From NCBI GenBank assembly GCA_030295235.1, contig AP026164.1:1178001-1242000 (forward strand): a DNA stretch of 64,000 nt, in the 5' to 3' direction. Within the stretch, counting starts at the first letter, position 1. Each line of letters opens with the position of its first letter. The position numbers and the translations under genes were made by a program. The DNA comes from Fistulifera solaris. Its lineage: Eukaryota. Of this stretch, positions 58,062 to 64,000 are shown piece by piece. The notes under the pieces are model-generated. The model was not told where the DNA came from and searched no databases. It was given only the letters and a program-made list of their open reading frames with translations.

Positions 58062-60398
58062 ATGGAAGATTTACTGCAGGAAGGCGATGTATTTTCTCTT
58101 AATATAGTCGCTACACCGGCTGCGCCGAAACAATCGGTTGCGAAGAAGAAACCAAAGAATAACAAGTACGAGCGTAGACGAGCTCGGGCTGCTCGTGCAC
58201 GTGGTGAAACAAACAGGGAGTCTCGCGGCACGACAATTGAGACACCGGCTACAGGAAAGCAAAAGAAAGCAGTTGAGTATGAGGAGAACGATAAGGAACC
58301 TGAGTTAATCGAATCTGAGCCCGATGACGACGAAAGTGCGGTGGACTTGCAACGAGATCATGCTAGTGTTCCGCAAGAGAAAGCTGTTCAGAAGCGCGAT
58401 AGTCTTCAAGACCCCGAGGAACGAGCAAAATATATGGCCGAATTTCACGCTCGGCCTTTGGAACTTGACCGTAGGTTTGGAGCGACCACGAAACCAGCTA
58501 TAACATCGAAAGACTCGTCTCATCTCTTCGCTACGTCTGCTGAATGGCCCGCAAATTTATTGCATCCGCGTCTTCTCAATACCTTGAAGACATCGGGTTG
58601 GACTCGTCCGACTACGATACAGGCGAGGGCCATGCCTTCATTTTTAGTAACGACGACAATGTAATGATACATTCTGAGACGGGGTCTGGGAAAACGTTGG
58701 CATTTTTTATCCCAATATTGAGCCATTTGGCTGCGAAAGATCAAAAAGTGCGCTGCGAAGGGACTCGATGTGTTATTCTTTGTCCGACACGCGAGCTGGC
58801 TGTTCAGACGTTTGATCTTGTGGAGACTCTTTCGAGCAAGACATTCAATTGGATTGTGTGCGGTCAACTGCTTGGTGAGGAAAAGCGCAAGTCTGAAAAG
58901 GCACGAATTCGGAAAGGTCTTAGTGTGATTGTAGCGACGCCTGGTCGTTTTCTTGACCATTTGTCGCGTACAGAATGTTTGCTGCCTGCTCTTACTTCAA
59001 AAGGTCCTCTGGAATGGTTAGTACTCGACGAAGCAGATCGCCTTCTAGACATGGGTCTTGGTGAACAAGTGAAAAGTATTTTTGATCGTATTCAACAGGA
59101 AGCTAAATCAAAAACATGGCGCTGTGTATTAGTGTCGGCAACGGTAACAGCCAGCGTAGAGGAATTGGCGCTGAAAACTCTGTCGGGGAAAAGTGAGAAT
59201 TGGGTTCGAATTCGTGCGAATGAAGTCGACAAAGCGACTCTTATATCGACGGGAAAGGATGAAAGCGCTGGCGAGGAGGCCTTAGTGAGTTCTACACCGA
59301 GACAATTAGCACATCATCATGTTACAGTTACGGCGAAACTACGACTTGCGGCGTTAATGGCATTCCTTGTACCACGACGAAAAGAGAGGACGGTTGTGTT
59401 TATGAGCACATGTGCCTCTGTGGATTTTCACCATGCTCTGCTCACAAAAATGAAATCACTTTTTGGAGACGAATCTTCAGGAATTTTTGGTTCTGATTGC
59501 AATATTCTAAAATTACATGGAAACGTCCCACACAGTGAACGTCAGCACGTCCTTAAGCGGTTCTTGAAGGAGAACCAAGGAGCGATACTCCTTGCGACAG
59601 ATGTAGCCGCCCGTGGCTTGAACCTTCCAAATGTTGATTGGACAGTGCAATATGATCCACCGAGCGAAGTATCTGATTATGTTCATCGAGCTGGGCGTGT
59701 TGCCCGTGCCGGTAAGGCAGGTAACTCCCTAATCTTCTTATTACCTTCTGAAAAACTGTTCCTTGAAGTGTTGAAACGACAAGGGATTAAGAATATGAAT
59801 GCTTTGTCTCTCACAGAAACTCTCAACGTTGCTGCGAAATGCTGCCCTGAGTTAACATCCAGTGGAATGCGCAGATCAAGTGGCGGTCTGGGAAATACGG
59901 GTAAAGGAAGTTCTAGTAGTCGGTTGGGAGAAGCGTTCTGTTGGGAAATGCAGCATCGTCTCGAGGAATGCGTGAATGAAGATCAGAATCTACCAAAAAA
60001 GTCCTCGTATTCAGTTACGAAGAAACGAATGAAGGCGCAGGAAGATGAGAAAACACTTGAGACACTTCTGGACATTGCTCAAAATGCATTTATCTCCCAC
60101 TTGCGTGCTTATCCGACGCGTGAAAAGGTCGTACGACAAATCTTTGCTGCAAAGTCATTGCATCTTGGTCATGTGGCGCGGTCATTTGGATTGAAAGAGC
60201 CCCCCTCGCGTATTTCGAACAAGAAACGGAAAGTGTCACCACCAGTCGATCCACGCAAGAATAATGCCACCTTTGATTTCAAAGCGAGTCAAGTCTTATC
60301 TGAGTCGTCGAAAAGCTCCAAAGGAAAGGCGACGCCGAAAAGTCTCCCTTTTGGAGAACGCGAGTAGATTAGAGAAGAATGGTATGGATGCTTTGTAA
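58062..60398 (+). CDS. DBP7: DEAD-box RNA helicase DBP7/DDX31 (frameshifts near 58643 and probably 60348)
   Basis: PTTIQ Q-motif, SETGSGKT, PTRELA, GEEKRKSEKARIRKG, TPGR, DEAD, SAT, ARGLN, YVHRAGRVARAG, LHLGHVARSFGLKEPP. Confidence 0.92.
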
Positions 60399-60874
60399 TA
60401 TAACAAGTAACATTACAAGGTGTATATGCTGCACTGTTGCTCATCAAAGGAATAAGTGGTAGTTTTTGGCAAAGTGGGGTCTAAGCTAAGCGCCAAAATG
60501 ATTAAAGGTTCTTTTCGTTTGGTCGTTAGTCGCGAGTGGACCGTGACTCCAAGAAAATGGGCTTGTTTTTTTTTGCGACACGGAAAACTTCTACGGAGTA
60601 ACCATGAACCATGACGAAGGAGATCGAATTGAAAATATAAAGGACATCACAATAATTCATCACTTCTATTTAAATAATTGCTAATGTCTCTCGGAACGCT
60701 CATGAAGCACTTGTCTCTTTGTGAACTCGCTGATGAAAAATGGAGTCACGGGCGCCTGTGGGCATCCTGCCGTTTCCGAGCGCAGGATCCCCGAGAAACC
60801 CGCCCGCTGATTCTCAAGCGACGCTTCCCTCATAATTCACTGCTGCAGTTCAAAACTTCAATATCATACTTAGC

Positions 60875-63848
60875 ATGATTCTTCTCCTCTTTTCGTTTCT
60901 TTTCTTTGTCTCGGCAGCGGCTGCTGACAAAAAGTTGTGCTTCACGAGCAACACTGAACTCCGCCAAGCGGTCCGTTCGTACATGGGAGATCCTTCGCCC
61001 GAGAATATTGTCGCGAAGAAGTATGGCTGGCCGATTGGTGTCTGGTGTGTCGATGCGATTCAAGACTTTTCGAATGTTTTCACAACCATGCGTACCTTCA
61101 ATGACGATATCTCGCGTTGGAACATGTCGGCGGCAACTTCGCTCTATCGCATGTTCGATCGCGCCGAGCGCTTCAACCAGGATCTATCAAGTTGGGGTAA
61201 GTCTATGATACCAGGAACTCTAACTTTTGTTATGTCAGACAGGTTTCTCTAATATTTTCTCTCGGTTTTGCAAAAATAAGACGTCTCAAATGTGAAGAAC
61301 ATGGTTGGGCTTTTCGATGGAGCAAAAGGATTCAATCAGGATCTTTCGACATGGACAACATCTCGAGTGACGAGTTTGGGTACGGCCTTCCGTGGCGCAA
61401 CGAAGTTCCTTGGAAACGGATTGTCGGGTTGGGATGTTGGGCGCGTGACCAGCTTTGGATCTTGTTTTCATAGTGCCACTTCTTTCAATAGTAATATCAG
61501 CTCGTGGGATGTTTCCCGCAGCACATATTTCAATCACATGTTTATTCGCGCGTCATCCTTTCAACAAGATTTGTCGGCGTGGGATGTCTCTTCTGGTACA
61601 GATTTTAAAGCGATGTTCCATGGTGCTCGCCTCTTCAACTCTGATATCTCCGGTTGGAACGTTAGCAACGGTTTGTACTTCAGCTACATGTTTGAAGACA
61701 ACGTAGCCTTTAACGTCGATATCAGCTCCTGGGATGTCAGTAAAGCGATCGAAATGCGCGGTATGTTTGAAAAGGCATCGTCATTCCAGGTGGATCTCTG
61801 TGCATGGGCGCCAAAATTGCTGGGACGGAGTGTGAGGTTCGAAGACATGTTTACGGCCAGTGGTTGCCCCAGTCAGACCCATCCCATGTCTACGACTACA
61901 GCTGTGGGACCTCTTTGCTATTACTGTAGTGACATGGCATGTGATGATGATCGTTCTGATTCGGAATGTCAGTGTTTTGAGCCCGATGGTTCTCTGCAAC
62001 GCGCGGTGGCAGACTATATTCGCGACAGCAGCCAGTTGTCTGCTGTCGCGCACACGTATGGGTCCGTCATTGGGAATTGGTGTACGCATAATGTGACTTC
62101 CTTTGATTACCTCTTCGATCGTGCGGTGACTTTCAATGAGGATTTATCGAAGTGGACGACGGGCAAGGTGACGAGCATGGTAAGCATTCTTTCTCTTTAT
62201 CTACTTAAACGGTTGCCGTTTTTGTAAGTACTCATCTATCACTGCTCTTTTCCAGGTGGGTGTGTTTCGTGGTGCGGTATCTTTTAACATGGACTTGAAA
62301 TGGAATTTGTCCAACGTCGAATCTATCGCCAGCATGTTTGAAGGAGCAGCTGCTTTCAACCGGGACATCGGATCATGGGATGCGTCGAACATCATAGATG
62401 CTAAGAGATTATTTGCGGCAGCAACGTCCTTTACTGGGGGTTCCATATCTTTATGGGACGTTACGCGTATGGTCAATGTAGATGAGATGTTTGCCGGAGC
62501 GTCATCCTTCAATGGAGATTTGAGCAGTTGGAAGTTAGCAAATGCCAAATCGCTTCGTCGTATGTTTGCAAGTGCTACTTCCTTTCGTCAGAATCTTTGC
62601 ACGTGGACCAAGCACCTGTTGTTGAACGAAACAGTAGAAGTAAAGGACATGTTCATCGAGTCTAGTTGCCCTTCATCAGCGGACCCATTCGTCACAGTGA
62701 GAGACGTTGGACCACTTTGTCACTATTGCTCAGAGCTTCCGTGCAATGATAATAATGATGTGACATGCCTTCCATTCGTACTTGGAAATGAATTTCGGCG
62801 TGCAATCGCTGCATATCGACTTGATTCTAGCAGATACACCGCTGTTGCCTCTACTTATGGGCATCCGATCGGAAAATGGAACACATCGCAACTACATGAT
62901 TTTCGTTATGCGTTCTTCAACGACTACAGTTTCACTGATGATATCAGCGAATGGGACACTTCTAACGCCATATCTATGGTGTCAATGTTTAATGGGGCGA
63001 CTTGGTTTCGTGGTGACATTTCAGGATGGGATGTCTCTCGCGTAATATACACATCGGACATGTTCAAGAATGCAGAGTGGTTCAATCAAGATATTTCGAT
63101 GTGGAATCTGTCTAGTATTCATTACGCTGATCGGATGTTTTATGGTGCTACTAGATTCAATCAGAATCTATGCGATTGGCGCAGTCGCTTTCTGTTTAAC
63201 AAGACGCGTCGTGTGGATGATATGTTTTCCTATTCGGGCTGTCCTAACAAGTCCTCACCCCTCGGAATTGGTTCGGGGCCGTATTGCCATGAATGCCCGC
63301 ACAGTCCTTCCACGTCCAACCCGATTAGCTCATCGATATCTCCGACGTCGTCTCCTATCGACAATTTTCCAACGAGCGCTTCGACATATCTTCCGACGAC
63401 ATCCAAATCCTTGCTTCCGGTTGTATCACCAACGAAGATGCCGCCACGTACTGCCTCTATGCAGCCATCAATGATGTATATTTCTTCTGAATCATCAGAC
63501 ATTCCTTCAACCTTGCCAACTCTCTTATCTATAACCCCCGTCTTTCGGCTATCAGACGTCCCGTCGATCTTTCCGACTGTTACTATCACTTCTGATTCCC
63601 CAACGAAGGAGCCCGCGAAAACAGATCATCACCTTCCAAGCGTGCATCCAACATATAAGTCATCGGCAATTCCGCCATTGGCCCAGTATGCACCGGATGT
63701 CTTGAGCGGAGGGTCCTCACCTTTGGAGAGCCAAACGCTGCCTCCGTCGATGAAACCAACTCCAGGAATTCCCAGTGGGGCGTCACGCTGTGTTTCACTT
63801 AACCCGTTCCAGTTCATCCTTTGCATTTGGACCAAGCTGAAGAAGTGA
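60875..63848 (+). CDS. Secreted/surface DUF285 (BspA-like) repeat protein with Ser/Pro/Thr stalk (3 exons)
   Basis: Signal peptide, many FNxDIS.WDVS.V..M..MF..A repeats in three Cys-capped modules, SPT-rich tail. Introns 61197-61280 and 62180-62255. Confidence 0.88.
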
Positions 63849-64000
63849 TTTGGGCGATTTCTTGTCGGGCGCCAATCTCAAAAATGTTTTCCTTGCGGAC
63901 AGCGAAGCTCTCAAAGGTCCATTGTGGGTAACACTCATAGTACTCATTGTAATTCATGACAGATATTGACATTATTATTTTAATTATGAAAGCCCAACAA

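Overview
Gene-dense (~45% GC) eukaryotic nuclear DNA, most likely from a pennate diatom. This is inferred from short GT-AG introns, bipartite signal-peptide + 'AF/SF' plastid-targeting presequences and diatom-type transposons. About 30 protein genes are present. They include two inverted actin copies identical over 688 bp, SOUL, plastid RsmD, RLP7/uL30-like, two plastid AAAP amino-acid transporters, MOB1, an ER-type ankyrin protein, four sulfotransferases, an LRAT/NC protein, a PrsW-type protease, a KH protein, formamidase, AK-HSDH, a TPP1-like OB-fold protein, a peroxisomal-type carrier, CCT8, DBP7 and a DUF285 surface protein. There are two adjacent mobile elements: a 5'-truncated RT+RNase H non-LTR retrotransposon with a 13-bp TSD, and an internally deleted PIF/Harbinger-superfamily DNA transposon with 22-bp TIRs and an AAT TSD. 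The standout feature is a circularly permuted tRNA-Cys(GCA) gene at 37538-37617. Its 3' half lies upstream of its 5' half, with a BHB-like junction at 37/38, an upstream TATA box and a T6 terminator. I know this gene type from red and green algae, chlorarachniophytes and one archaeon, but not from diatoms. Many conserved genes carry single-base indels in homopolymers, which probably reflects an unpolished long-read assembly.
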